DNA of 63,282 bases, counting the filler, from Choristocarpus tenellus KU-1152 (lineage: Eukaryota > Protista > Phaeophyceae), in the NCBI GenBank assembly GCA_964200185.2. It is 10 parts of 10 records of this genome, joined end to end, with 100 filler letters (N's around TTAATTAATTAA, not from the genome) between each part and the next. Parts side by side here need not be neighbours in the genome. Positions count along the whole stretch, not along the records: positions 1 to 7,423 come from CAXNAD020006181.1; positions 7,524 to 14,733 come from CAXNAD020006528.1; 8 more parts are not named here. One strand, written 5' to 3'. Positions 1-12,391 of the stretch are shown here, piece by piece. The notes beneath the pieces are model-generated. The model was not told the DNA's origin, made no database searches, and saw only the letters and a list, made by a program, of their open reading frames with translations. How positions within the stretch are numbered: the first letter of the stretch is position 1; every line of letters begins with the position of its first letter. The translations under genes and the position numbers were made by a program.

Positions 1-254
1 AAATAAATGAACACTAACAACCAGTGCAGTGCACCAATCAACAGTCAGTACAAGCTGGTAGATGTGTATCATATCAACAAGAAACAAATGAGTAGCCTAT
101 GTTTTAACAAATATGGGCGGTAACATCAACAACAGAAAATAGTTGTTGTGAAAATGGCGGACAATGTCGGTAATAATCTCACACACGACACACCCTACGC
201 GTCAATAGTGCAAACAATCGGGCGTTGTTCTTAGGGGTCATTCCATCCCATATT

Positions 255-259
255 AAAAA
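255..259 (-). terminator. Pol III terminator (T5) directly after the tRNA
   Basis: AAAAA on + reads TTTTT immediately 3' of the discriminator A. Confidence 0.75.
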
Positions 260-333
260 TGCTTCGAATGTGAGTCGAACACATGGCCTTACGAGCTTCA
301 GTCGTACGCTCTAACCAACTGAGCTACCGAAGC
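260..333 (-). tRNA. tRNA-Phe (GAA), intronless
   Basis: Reverse complement folds as GCTTCGG-TA-GCTC-AGTTGGTTA-GAGC-G-TACGA-CTGAAGC-TCGTA-AGGCC-ATGTG-TTCGACT-CACAT-TCGAAGC-A. All four stems pair (one G:U), A and B boxes are present, anticodon is GAA. Confidence 0.93.
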
Positions 334-467
334 TACACTGGATCTTTCATTTCTCGCCACCAACACGTATATTAACTAACGTCAACTACTTTTGGAATAT
401 ACTCTTTGTAAATATGTATTAATTTAATACTGTATTTCAAAGTAACTCATTACTGCATATATTATTA

Positions 468-600
468 TATTATTATGCCCTCTGACAATTTCCAGATGTG
501 TTACCAGAAAAAACAATGAAATCATGCTGTCTTACAACCCAATAAAAAACGATTATTTGACAAACCACGCATTTGCGTTCGTGATTTACGACTTCCAAGT
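468..600 (+). repeat. Family D repeat copy (HINE/Helentron-like end)
   Basis: TATTATGCCCTCTGACAATTTCCAGATGTGTT matches copies at ~11858, 28303, 28486 and 59765. Right boundary approximate. Confidence 0.6.
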
Positions 601-1270
601 TCGGAATCGAAGGAAGAGTCTTCTACATTGGATGAGGGACACTACCTCGTGGTCTTATTTTCAAACGTTGTTACTACACATACAGTAGTAGTGCTTGTTA
701 CCGCTGGTCCCTTAAATATTATCTGTTCCTTTCTTCTACGATCCTTTCGTTGTTGTAGGTGGGTACATGAGCAAACTTGGCTGGATCATACTGTGCTACC
801 TGGACCTTTTGTCCTGCTATCTACGTATGGCAGTTCCTCACCAAAAATGTTCCCCCCTACTCGCACACCTTGCGGTCATGTTTGGTGCCAAGGTTCACAA
901 GCAACAATAGAATCGAGGGTTGAAATCGGACCATGCATATGTTCTACAAAAAACATTTTTCTCACTCACAACACACACTCACACACACACATGCTAATGA
1001 GCCACAGCCTATATATAATTCAGGTTGTGCATGATTTTCGATAATGGTCAGTTAGTTCAACTGCTGCTGTAGAGCTCTCTTTGCAGTCCTAGTCTCCGTA
1101 TATGACTGTGTATGCATGTATGTTTATGAAGAACTTAGTTAGCCAGGAAGTGCATCGTGGTTCAAATTCTTACACAAAACAAACATCTATAGTTAATAGC
1201 AGATATAGGGAGAGCATGGAAGCTCAATGCCTTGCTTGATTTTGGTATAAACCCCTTCAAACGAAGGTAT

Positions 1271-1533
1271 GAGTGAAAGTATCTCAGAGGGTACGAGTTT
1301 TGCCCTCTTTGTCCGTTTGGGGCTTGGATTCCCACGTTTTTTTCATGACATTTTCCAACTCCAAAATGTTTCGGAGTAGGTAAGAAATGTGTATATCATT
1401 CAAACGTGTGTCCGGAACAAGGATGTTGACACCACTTGCTAACAAAAACGATAGCCAAAATCACATCAAAACCGCAACATCGGATTCTGTGTCCCAAATG
1501 GACGCGGCTCAACCCTCTAAGATAATTTGACTC
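1271..1533 (+). mobile_element. MITE family B copy B1
   Basis: TIRs GAGTGAAAGTATCTCAGAGGGT ... ACCCTCTAAGATAATTTGACTC. Interior matches B2-B5. Confidence 0.88.
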
Positions 1534-2149
1534 TCATGTGATATACACTCACTCACCCTGACTGTTCTACTCTACAGCACTCTTTCTGGTCACAGAGTAC
1601 TGCACTGATACCCTAGTTTTGTTGTATGATACTCCACGATGATGCCTATTCCAATGTGTAAGTGATTTGTCGCAAAATAGTATCATGCTTCTTTTATCAC
1701 TATGCCGTATGTATGAAGTTCCTGCGCGTTTTGTGACCAGTTGACAGTGATGCGTGTGCATGTATCATACAAGACCTGTAGATCTCGTGTTGATATGGAG
1801 ATTCAACAGGGTAGGGAGTGTTGAAGAAGGGGACATGCATCCTTCGTTCTACTCTTGTAGGTGATGCTGCTTTTTCGTATCACGCCCCCTACCTCTTCAT
1901 CCTGGCATGGCTCCCCCAAAATGCATGTGCTGTTATTTTCATTCTCACAAACAAGCGTTGTTTGTCTGTCCCCTTGAATACAGCCAGGTGCACTATGGAT
2001 GGTGGAGCATAACATGCACCCCATAGTCGGACCTATCATGCTCTTTGTGTACAACAACGTGTACTTTGGATTACTATTTGGTGAGTAATTATATTTTTTG
2101 GGAGGGTATTGGTCAAGCGTGCTGAATCACACATATACCTCTCCCTTCC

Positions 2150-3290
2150 ATAAAGCTCTGAGGAAACCGGTGACCTCTTTTCGGCAGTACTTTTTGAATT
2201 GAGTCTCCTTGTGTCGGTCAGTGGCCGGCATTCCTTTGGAGACATGCAGAAAACCTTGGGAACTGGGAAGAAGACCATTCTGAAGACAATCCTAAGTGCG
2301 AACACTTTGATATGATCCAGGTGGACTAAGGCGCAGAAGATCGTCACCAACGCGTACACCCCCCTCTCGCTGGTGTGAGTACAACGGTAGGTGTTGCTTG
2401 AGCTCCTGCTGTATTGCATTTCACTTTCGTAGGTTACATACCTGAAATCATAAATCACAACGCTCAGTGGGGAGTATCTGAACATACACACACCCAACGC
2501 TTCTTTCCTTGCTTCCAAGTCTTGTTTCCAGAGGAAAGTTGCCGTCTGGGGAGCAGGAGACTGACTGCCCGCAGAAGCTGTGCGACTGGTTGTGGGAGGA
2601 ACAGGAGAAATCAAGGAATACTGGGAGTACCGTTGACCTTGTGTAGGGGGGGGGGGGGACGAAGCCGAATCTCCAGCGGCGGCTGAGGCTAGGCGGTAGG
2701 GTCTGAGTCAGGAGGTCCCGCCTCCAGTCTTGCCAGCGCCACTCCAGAAAGGCCCAGCCTTGAACTATCCTCTCCTGGATCAGGGGGGAGACCTTTACCG
2801 CAGGTTTCCCGTATTCCCCCTCCTCCAAAAAAAATGCCAGATGGTTGAATCCCTTCGTACCTTCTCCTGTTACAGTACATGGGCCCCCGTCCAATGATGT
2901 GCTCCAAGACTTTGACATGAGTGCGAGTGAGGGACCCCCACAAGAAGGATCCACCTCCTCGTATGACTTCAGCAAGGATGGGGGGTCGGTGGAGTCCGCT
3001 TCAATGGAGGTTGTGGAGGCAATGAGAAGGTCCGGGCTAGCAGCAAACCCGGGATCGAGGAGCCGACAGCAGTTACGGAGGGCTGCTGAGGAGGACTTGA
3101 AGTTGGAAGCGGAGTCAAGGAAAAAAAATAGGATGGATGACCACATTATTGGTACCCTCGTATCCACATTGGATGATGCGGCTAGAGACATTAGTAGACT
3201 AAACGACGTACGTAATTGACAGAAAATGCTGCAGCTAGGGAAAATAGGCAAAATTTGAACGGAATGCTCAAGACCGCTAAGCAAGCTTGG
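2150..3290 (+). pseudogene. Decayed second ORF of the PIF/Harbinger element
   Basis: Protein-like frames broken by stops and frameshifts (GKLPSGEQETDCPQKLCDWLWEEQEK; ORF 2845-3219 continues past its TGA). Convergent with the nuclease gene, as in two-ORF Harbingers. Boundaries approximate. Confidence 0.55.
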
Positions 3291-3818
3291 AGGATCTTTC
3301 AGAAGAGTGGTGATACTGTTCAGACAGAGGTTTTGTGGGAAACGGTATGAGGAACTGGTGGTAGTTGAGGCTGGGCCAGAATATCGGTGGTGCTGGGATT
3401 ATGTTGGCCTTTTATCATGACCTTGAGCAATGTTAAAAGTGACGATGATGATCCCAGCGCTCTTCAGAAGGTTGGTTAGTGTATAATATTATCCACTGCT
3501 CAGAAAGAAGTGAGCTGCTCTTCTTGGCCAGGACAATCTTTACCTACCTACATTGTCAGGAACCAGTGGCAATTAGTCTTTCCTTTTGACTGTTGACTCT
3601 CGACCACTCTCTACATTGTACTGACAAATGACTCTTTGTCCTGTATTACTTTGCCCTGTATTACTTCTTCCTACCTCTTCTTGTATGTACTTCACAAAAG
3701 TACAGTACCAATTGTACCGTTCACTATCACACAAAGTGTCAATAGCGCAAAACGCAAACCACTGTTTGACAACCGAGATTCCATCATCAGGACCTCATCC
3801 AAACAACCTCTCCGTTTT

Positions 3819-5471
3819 CTAGCGCGCTATGAGCTTCTTCCTAAGCTCATAAACCCCCACCTCCCTTTCCACATACTCCTCAGATCCCTCTCCCCAATGG
3901 TCCCTTGGCATGCCCATCCGCGTGAAATCAGTGTTAAGGGTCACTGTAGAAGGCATCATGCAGACCAGCATCCCCTGTCCAGTCAGTGTTGCCCTCCAAC
4001 TCTCCAAAGTCATCATATGCATGGAGCATATTTTGCAATATGCAACAACAAGTGAAAAATATGTGATCTATCTTCTTCCTGTGCAAGTATAGTAGTGGTA
4101 GCTTGACGATTCTGAAGAGGCCCATGACTATGCCAAAAAAAGGCACTCTCGACATCCTTGCGTACACATTCTCCACTCGTTCGCTCCACCCTTGCCTGTG
4201 CCTTCTTGTGTGACAGATGCGTTCAGGGGGGGTATTGTGCACCTCCACTGCAAATGCGAAGATCGGGTTGGGCAAGTGACTGTTAGCTTGCTTGTTTCAT
4301 GAGCACTCATTTTTTTCAGGAGCATAAATAACATGGGCATGACCCTACAGTCACGTATTTCCGGTCACCTTGTGGTAGCCCCCATCGACAATGACATAGG
4401 CCCCTTTCTCGGTTGTAATAGTTCCCGTCGGAGTCCATAAGGTTGTACCCCAGCCGTGTGGGTAGGTGGGGTCATCCCTGAGTTTTTGGATAGCATCATC
4501 ATATCGAATGACTGCTTTATCGTTTTTGGCTCCAGGAAACCCAGCAGTCACTCAGCGTGCAAATCCAGTATGTTCAACAGTCACTTCATAGGCGACCGTC
4601 GCGTAACCCTCCTTACCAATGTAATACCGGGCATCACTAATGGGCGCCCTCTCCCACCGCACGTATGTCACATCAGTGGAACCCACAGCATCAGGAAATC
4701 ATACAGCTCCGTACGTGCGCACGACCTTCCCCCAAATCTTCGCCCTCTGGTAGATAAATCCACTTAGAGTACATCACACGCACAAAGCACTAACAGAAGC
4801 GGTGAAATGTGGTTTGTGCTGTACTCTCAGATATACTGGAGAATTGCTCGATATCATCAAAGCAGTTTTCCCCGGAGAGGATTTGGAGAACCGATAGCAC
4901 CTGCAGGTGGCAAGTCACATATGGTACTGCCACAGGCCAAAAGGGCGATTGAATCTACGAGTCCTATCGAGGTAGACTTTTCACGCAAAAAACACTACTG
5001 GCGGGTATGCTCACCTTCAGCTTCGGTGGCATCTGCGGTTCGACAACCAAGCCACCCCTGCTTTGTACCTCCTTCACTAATTCTTCCAAGAGAACAAAAT
5101 AGGACTCGGAACCGCCACCTAAACTTCAGCGCCTCCCGCGAAGTGACGTCTCTCTCAGAGACTCCTCTCTCCCCAGAATAACCCCCCACGAGCTTGCCGT
5201 ATAAAGTGGCCGATCGGGGGGAATTCGAAACCTGCGAAACAATGGACGTTCTTCCTCCTCATCCTCCTCGTCCATCAGAGAGTAGATGAGCAATAATATC
5301 CACAGTTGCGTTTATCATCTGCCTAAATCTTGCCGACAATCTAAAGGTTGTTTCATCGAAAGACGATGAGCTAGACGACGACGAACTCGAAGACGATGAA
5401 CCCGAGGATGATGAACCGGAGGACGATTGACATTCGGTCTCCCTCGCTCTCTTCATCCCCATCTTTTCCAT
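3819..5471 (-). pseudogene. PIF/Harbinger DDE nuclease (DDE_Tnp_4-like), disrupted, with intron(s)
   Basis: Motifs FPDAVGSTDVT, GFPGAKNDKAVIRYD, YVIVDGGYHK (followed by a GT donor), RKDVEC.FG, CCILQNML and ELRKKLI. Several stops and frameshifts. Confidence 0.88.
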
Positions 5472-6495
5472 CTTGAACCAGATGTGCTATATATACGTAA
5501 CAACTTCGTAGCCCCAAGTAGTATGCTACGAACATCAACAGAGCGTAAATCCAAACACTACGAATTACGTTCAGATTTTCCTTGAAATTTGCCACGAGTC
5601 CTCTCATCCACCCTCCGTTCGGATTTGGCTCGTTCAGAAATGCCTAAGAATTGCCATACAACTTACATTGGTGAGGAATTTCCATTTGGAAATGCTCAAA
5701 AATGTCCAAAACCAAAACCAAACGGCGTTGAAAACGTGCCTATAAGAGATGTTTAACCAGCAACATTACATATTCATTTTGAGTATTTAGTTAAACTTTT
5801 TATGACCTTCTCCCAGTTTGGACTCACCCCCCATTGGCGTGGAACACACCATAGTTTCTCATCTGCAGCCTGCACAATTTTATACTGTACTAATGTACAA
5901 ACGATGCAACGCCGTCGTTTTATCAAAACACCAACCACTATCATGCGCGTTGCTTTGATGTTCGGTAGAAATAACATAAAGAGTGTGTCCACAAAGGAGT
6001 ATCGTGCATGCCCCTTCAAGTCTACTTCTAGATGATTTTTTGTGTTGAGCAAGAGAGTGCGATGCATATGTTAGGTGGGGGAATGTTGCTCACGAAACTA
6101 TAGTTAACAATAACTCGTCTTTGGCGCCATCCCCATCTATTTTCACAACCTCATATCTGCTTTTGGTCTGATCAGCAGAGTCAGACAACGCTTTTTGATC
6201 ATTTTGTACCTAGAAGATATACCAGAAAATGGTTTCTAAGAACAGAAGTGGTTTCCTTTCTGGAAGCCTTTGCCATTTCACGTTTGACTGATTGTTGTCC
6301 ATGCGTTTGTTGAATTTCACTGGACTTTTGTTACTCAAGTTGGCTATTCGGTGTCCATCTCCTGACGAAGTTATAGGACGGGTGGATGCTGTAGCCTTTC
6401 TGCAAGTTGTGTTCGAGTATCTTTTGCATATTTTCATTGTCTTCGGTTCCGCCTGACCTTGAATGTGCTGAAGAGATCGAGAAACGCTGACTGAT

Positions 6496-6685
6496 AGCTC
6501 AAAGTATCCGGGGGGGGGGGTGGCGGCTGTCCATTCGGGGTCAATTGTTTTCATGTCGCGTTTTTTGGGTGATTGGATTGCATACGTCGCATGGATAATG
6601 TAAATGCACTTTTCCATATTTTGGACCAAACGGACACCCTGGTGTAGACCCCTCCCCCCCCCCGGCCCCCCAGATACCTTTTGTC
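6496..6685 (+). mobile_element. MITE family A copy A1, TSD TGAT
   Basis: AGCTCAAAGTATCCG(G)n ... (C)nAGATACCTTTTGTC with TGAT on both sides. Confidence 0.88.
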
Positions 6686-7423
6686 TGATGTGCGTAGTAA
6701 CAGTACTTGTCATAAAGTAGAAGGCTCCTGAAACAGGAGTATTCAGAAACAACACACTAGCCCATGCGGTTTCTGAGATTGACACAGAAACACTGGGGAT
6801 TATCTTGGTAAGTATATGTACTTGTAGTAGTGAAGATAACGCACCAATACTGTACACTAGTCCCTTTCAACTTTTGCCAACACTCTCCACGGTAGTGTAG
6901 AAGAGAACAGACAAGTGCCTACTGCCTTCCTGGGCATGTTGGAGACATTGCGAACCCTGTTTGGGGAGCGCAATCACACCCAGAGACGAAACATAAGACG
7001 CGCTACACACGCGCATATGCCACAGCCGTACTGTCATGTACCAACCACTGACGACCAGCTCTCTAGTCTGTACGCCTAGACTCGGTGGGTTGGAAAGATG
7101 TAAGAACAAATTTTAATTTCAAAGCTCGCCAACCTTTGAAAGCCACAAATAATTTCAATACCAAATTTCACGACCTGTGGGGGTATACAAAGGAAGAATG
7201 CGAATCGCCCAAACCCTGGGTACCTCTCCTTGACTTCAGCTCTCTCACTCCTCACACCACCTGCACTAGCTAACTATTGCACTACACGACATATTGCACA
7301 ACCTCCTTTCGTTCCCTGCCTCTTGAATGTTTGGTAATGTCATCCCACCGTGTTCATTGCTCTGCCTCCTATCTCAAAGCTTGTGCTGGATACCCATTGG
7401 CAACGCCTAGCAGTAAAGCCTTG

Positions 7424-7523
7424 NNNNNNNNNNNNNNNNNNNNNNNNNNNNNNNNNNNNNNNNNNNNTTAATTAATTAANNNNNNNNNNNNNNNNNNNNN
7501 NNNNNNNNNNNNNNNNNNNNNNN
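7424..7523. other. Artificial contig spacer (44N-TTAATTAATTAA-44N), first of nine
   Basis: Identical spacers at 14734-14833, 23801-23900, 28168-28267, 32428-32527, 41099-41198, 47607-47706, 51678-51777 and 60072-60171. The 12-mer puts stops in all six frames. Confidence 0.97.
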
Positions 7524-7565
7524 CCCAAATGGACAGCCGCCACCCCCTCCCAGATAATTTGAGCC
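7524..7565 (-). mobile_element. MITE family A partial copy at contig start
   Basis: CCCAAATGGACAGCCGCCACCCCCTCCCAGATAATTTGAGCC is a family A end. Confidence 0.85.
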
Positions 7566-9572
7566 ATGATTCGAGGTGAACCAAAAAGTGAGATCTGGGA
7601 ACAAAATGAGAGACAAGTGTGACTGTATACTACTGGACCGTTGTATTGCGACTTCATCACTACAAAATGAAGTGTAATAAGTGTAGTGCATAAACGGGGG
7701 ATTAATGAATACCTAATCAGGATATCATTACCCAAGGGTTGATGCTATGTGTTCAGCATACCAATCAAGCTTAGGAGGTTTGAGAGTATGGGATCAGCAT
7801 ATCAGTCAGCCTAAATACGATTGAAGTTGATGGAATGTGGTCAGTATCGCATCAAGCTCATGTTCATGATCTGAGGGCATGGGATCAGTAATGTGGGCAG
7901 TCTGAATGCGAGTCCAATGTGTAAAAACACAAGCGCGTGTAAGTGATAAAAAAAAAAGCAAACGACGTGATCAATATAACCAATGTGTCCATACTTATCC
8001 TGCTCACGACGACTACAATACTTCAAGTGGACACTAAGATGTATGATATTGGTGGCTCAACTCTCGAAACGATTCGAGGTGACCGTACAATCATTTCATC
8101 ATGTAGGGGGGGGATCATGCAACTCAAGAACAAAGAATAAGTGCAACTCAACTGAAGTCTCAAACACTTATGTAGTGGTGGACTTGATTTTTTTTTTTCT
8201 ATTTCTGTTAGGATTAGACATTTCATTATGATCAATATCATTTAATGAAAATGAGACTTGATTTGATGAACAGACACCTCTAGCAGACATGAATTAGATT
8301 ATTCGCAGTGATACGTTTCTTCACCGTCGCATTTGTCCACTCATCCAAAACTACGAGAGTTGAGATATAAAATTACAATGTACTTCGAAATATTATTGGT
8401 TTATCCAAACGTTCACCAACATATGTGCTGTCTATTATTTGCAAGGATTGATAGGCCTGATGAATACTAGATGTCAAGTCAGAGCTGGTCGTCAATAGGT
8501 TAACTAGGATCTGTTAAGAGTTATCTGACCTCTTCACAAAACGATAGGCTATACCCATCTATGACAATTATTGACATTCAAATGATTTGTCTAGACAGGA
8601 TCTGTACCAAACATAATCCAATAATTTGTCTAGTTAGATGTTAAACTATTACGGTAATGCATGATATATACAGACTATGCAAAGGAAATATAGTACCAAT
8701 AAATTCGAATTATCAACTCAATACTCTTTTTTGGACGAGATTTTCGCTAATTATCCAATCCATCGACAACATGATGGATGGGCTGCAATCATTCCACGGC
8801 ATTGTGAGATCTGTTCTCCTATTCTGTGAGGTCACAAGAGGGCCCGCAACCACAAAGACGAAGGCGATAGCGATAACATTTATAGACGAACGACGACCAG
8901 CACCAGTTGGTATACTGCCCAATAACGAACGGGTTGTGAGACTTGATGGTTTACATCCAACAATGGTATAATGGTTTTCCTAGAAACAAATAATCCAGTT
9001 CGTTCAAATCTGGTGTGGGAGGTTGGACTTGAGGATAGTAACGTTTCGTTCCACCCAAATAAACGGAAAATAGACGTGGGTCTCCAGGTAATACGGCCCT
9101 ATACACGATGGGTGATGCCTTGGGATGTACTTCATACGAGCCCCCTCCAAGGGTGAAGTAGCTTCGAGTTCGAACCATCAGTCTCTCATGTGGCCTATGG
9201 ACTAGAACTTGATCACCTGGTACGAAAACGGGGAACACGAGACATTGGTTGGCATGTTCCTGATTTTTACCATGTTCATGGACGTTACGGCGTGCCAACT
9301 CAAATGCAAGCAGTAAATTATCTTTAGTTTGCCGAGTAAACTTCTCAGTAGTGATATCTGAATCGGCTTTAGACGAACCAAGGATAATATCAACAGGTAA
9401 ACGAGCTTGTCTTCCAAACAGAAGCAAAAACGGGGTTTTATGCAACTTTGCACTGAAAGTTGTGTTATGGAGATAACTGTACGAAATGCAGTAACGGTGT
9501 TCAGTTATTCTCAGCAACGGAGATATACATTGCTAGCATAGAAAGTAACATAGAATGTACTCTCCCTAACAC

Positions 9573-9792
9573 ATGATTTCTGTGCAAAAGAGAGCTAGGG
9601 GTGGTGCTCTCCCTTGTTATCTAATTCATTCGTCATCAAACACGTCAGAGATATGTTTAAACATATTTGTGACAGTTACACTACGTCAGTCACTTATAAG
9701 TTCAAGTTACGCTACGTCAGTCGCTTGTAAGTTCAAGTTACATTACTTCATTCACTTTTACACTATAAACCATATAGACTACTAGTCTATAT
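9573..9792. mobile_element. ~220-bp insertion splitting the Gypsy integrase core
   Basis: Lies between HPEGNGA and ERVH. Contains a 31-bp tandem duplication (9675-9742) and the terminal hairpin ATATAGACT-act-AGTCTATAT (9772-9792). Confidence 0.65.
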
Positions 9793-11857
9793 TGCACCAT
9801 TTCCTTCGGGGTGATACGATGCGGTTTTGTTTTCTTGTAACCAGAGACAGAGCGCAACTCTGCAACGATACTGTTTTCAGATTAGGTATCTTGATCGGAG
9901 TGTAACAACTCGGGTAGGACGAAAATCGAAAATGCACTATCTACCTGCTTACGACCTATTGTTGCAGCCTCTTTGTTTGGAAGAGGGTATAGCACAACAA
10001 AACGAGTGATGTGATCAATGCCAGCGAAGACGCACGAGCACATCACACCATTTACTAGGGAACACGTTTTGTACTCAAATCAATAGCAACACGATGAAAT
10101 AATATTTCAACGGGCATGAGGGCAGTGGGAAGTATACCTTATTAAAAGATAGCCTACTCGTCTTTTGTGACTTGATAGGATACAGTGTTACCAGTTCATA
10201 CTGACTGTTGATTCGCACATCGGTACTGGTCATTACAATACTCACATCTACATCATTAGCACCTCATATAACATCATCAATCATTGTTATAACACCATGG
10301 TGAATAGGAAGTATGGAACAGACGACGTCTGTCAAACATACAAGCATAGTATGTGCTATATGAATTACTTAGATATTGATTCAAGTTTTTTCTTCGTTTT
10401 TCTTTGATTATCACATCAGAACCATTAGTTGCATCTCGTATGTTGATTATTCTTTTTCGATTGTTACTTTGCCCCCACTTACACTTCGAAGGTCTCTCTG
10501 TGTTAAGTGCACCTGATACACAACTGGATGCCATATATTCAGAGTTAAAAACATCCACAGACCCTTCTTCAACACGCTCATGAAACTATGCTTTTTTATA
10601 CTTGTATCAGCACTTACAACGTAAGGATAGCATTCGGTTGTTCGACACACGATTCATTCAATTTCAGGTTTCAACACAGGTTGTTACGAGCAGTCTTACG
10701 AGTTTGGTATACACCACAATCAGGACACCATGTACGAATATCGATATCGAACGTTGGTCACCAATACGAGCCTGCAATGCATGGTTGTCATGGCAACGGT
10801 GGAGTGCAAGACGAATTAACGAGCGAGGAACGGCCAACTGGCCTCCAGACGTAACTCCTCTTACGAAGATGGCCTGGTAAATACAAACGATACAGCCAGT
10901 CATTACGAGGGGAAAAATACGACATAGATATTGTCGATTCCTTTTCAGGTTGTGGGACGACATTGGAGGGCTGCAAATACCTGAAATATGGTCCGAACTC
11001 GGACTCTTGCTCATTGCACAAATTGCTCCGGGTCCACTGAAGAAAATGTAGTAATGGAATTAGTAAATACTCTTCACGATCACTTTGGACGGGCGTTGCA
11101 TGTTCAAGGATAGAAGGAGATTACTCATACTCCTTTTGAACACTTGTGATGATACAAAAAGTAAAAGCACGATTACCTTTCTTTGTTGGGTACATAATAA
11201 CAGATGATGGGTAACAGTATTGGAGTAGCATATTTCTCCTGTTCCTCGAACTCGAAAATATACTAGATACAGTGCCAGGTATAACATTTAGTTTAACAGG
11301 CTTGTGCTTGACAGTGAAATCGCAACCTTAAACTGCAATAGCCCAACGAGCAAGGCATGATACTGATATCCTGCATTCCATACAAGTAAGACTTCACACA
11401 ATGCGGCATGTTTTGTGTGCAGATTTAGACTACTGTTTGTGTCACTGTGGGAGAAGAGAGAAGAAAGACATGGGAGCCTCACACGAATTCCCTTTTTGCT
11501 GAAACGTGATTAGATGGTTGAAAAAAGAGGAGTGATATTATTTTAGATGGTGGGCCTTGGTTTAGGACCTGCTGCCTCTAGATTGAATCACTAACCTTGA
11601 ACACTTACAACCCTTCTAAAAAACCTCGTCAATATACAGAAAAACGTCTCGAACATGCCGACATCAAAAGCCAGAATTGATTCTCTATAAATATCCTGCT
11701 AAGATATGAACCACGATCCCGACTGTGTTTGGTTATATATTACGGTAATTCATATCGTATTCTGCACAAGTTGTAATGTAGGTAAGGTGTCTACCCCAGA
11801 GAACGGTCACCAATGAGTGATAGCGGTAACGAGCGCAAATAGTACTCTCTTAATTTT

Positions 11858-11915
11858 TGTTATGCCCTCTGACATTTTGGAGATGTGTCAGAGGAAAAAG
11901 CAATGAAAAACATTC
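11858..11915 (+). repeat. Family D repeat copy with internal hairpin
   Basis: TTATGC-CCTCTGACA-ttttggagatg-TGTCAGAGG-aaaa, a perfect 9-bp stem. Confidence 0.65.
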
Positions 11916-12132
11916 AAATATCAGACCAACCCCTAAAAAAGTAAAAGTTCTGGTGAATGTGAAAGCCACTTTTCTGTCTTCTATTTACTACTTTACTGCT
12001 AGCTATGCTACACTGCTGCCCTCCTGTGCCTCCAACCTAGCTTAGTCCTGCACCCCAGGGTGAGGAGGTAGGGAAACACTCTCTTAGTGTAGCTGAATTG
12101 TCAAACTGAGCTTCATTAAATTTCTTCCTGAA

Positions 12133-12391
12133 GAGTCAAAGTATCTTAGAGGGTAGAGCCGCGTCCGTTTGGGGACCAAAATCCAATGTTGTGATTTTAA
12201 TGAAATTTTGGCTATCTTGTTTGTTAGGAAGTGTCAATATCCTTGTTCCGGACACACTTTTCATAACGCATACTTTTCACCTACCCCGAAACATTTCAGA
12301 GTAGAAAAAACGTAATTAAAAAATATATGGGAAGCCAAGCCTCAAACCGACAAACAGGGCAAAACTCGTACCCTCTAAGATACTTTCACTC
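12133..12391 (-). mobile_element. MITE family B copy B2 inside Gypsy RNase H, TSD TGAA
   Basis: GAGTCAAAGTATCTTAGAGGGTA ... TACCCTCTAAGATACTTTCACTC with TGAA on both sides. RNase H continues on either flank. Confidence 0.92.

Larger units (their letters stand above)
2100..5644 (-). mobile_element. PIF/Harbinger DNA transposon, degenerate
   Basis: Nuclease plus convergent ORF. Candidate terminus ...TTCAGAAATGCC at 5644 is followed by TAA (Harbinger-type TWA site). Matching left TIR not found, so the left boundary is a guess. Confidence 0.7.

Noticed and set aside
2448-3284. 278-aa minus-strand ORF
   Set aside because: Antisense shadow of the GC-rich plus-strand Harbinger partner ORF.
7468-7479. 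TTAATTAATTAA palindrome repeated nine times
   Set aside because: Always centred in a 44N/44N gap, so it is an assembly linker.
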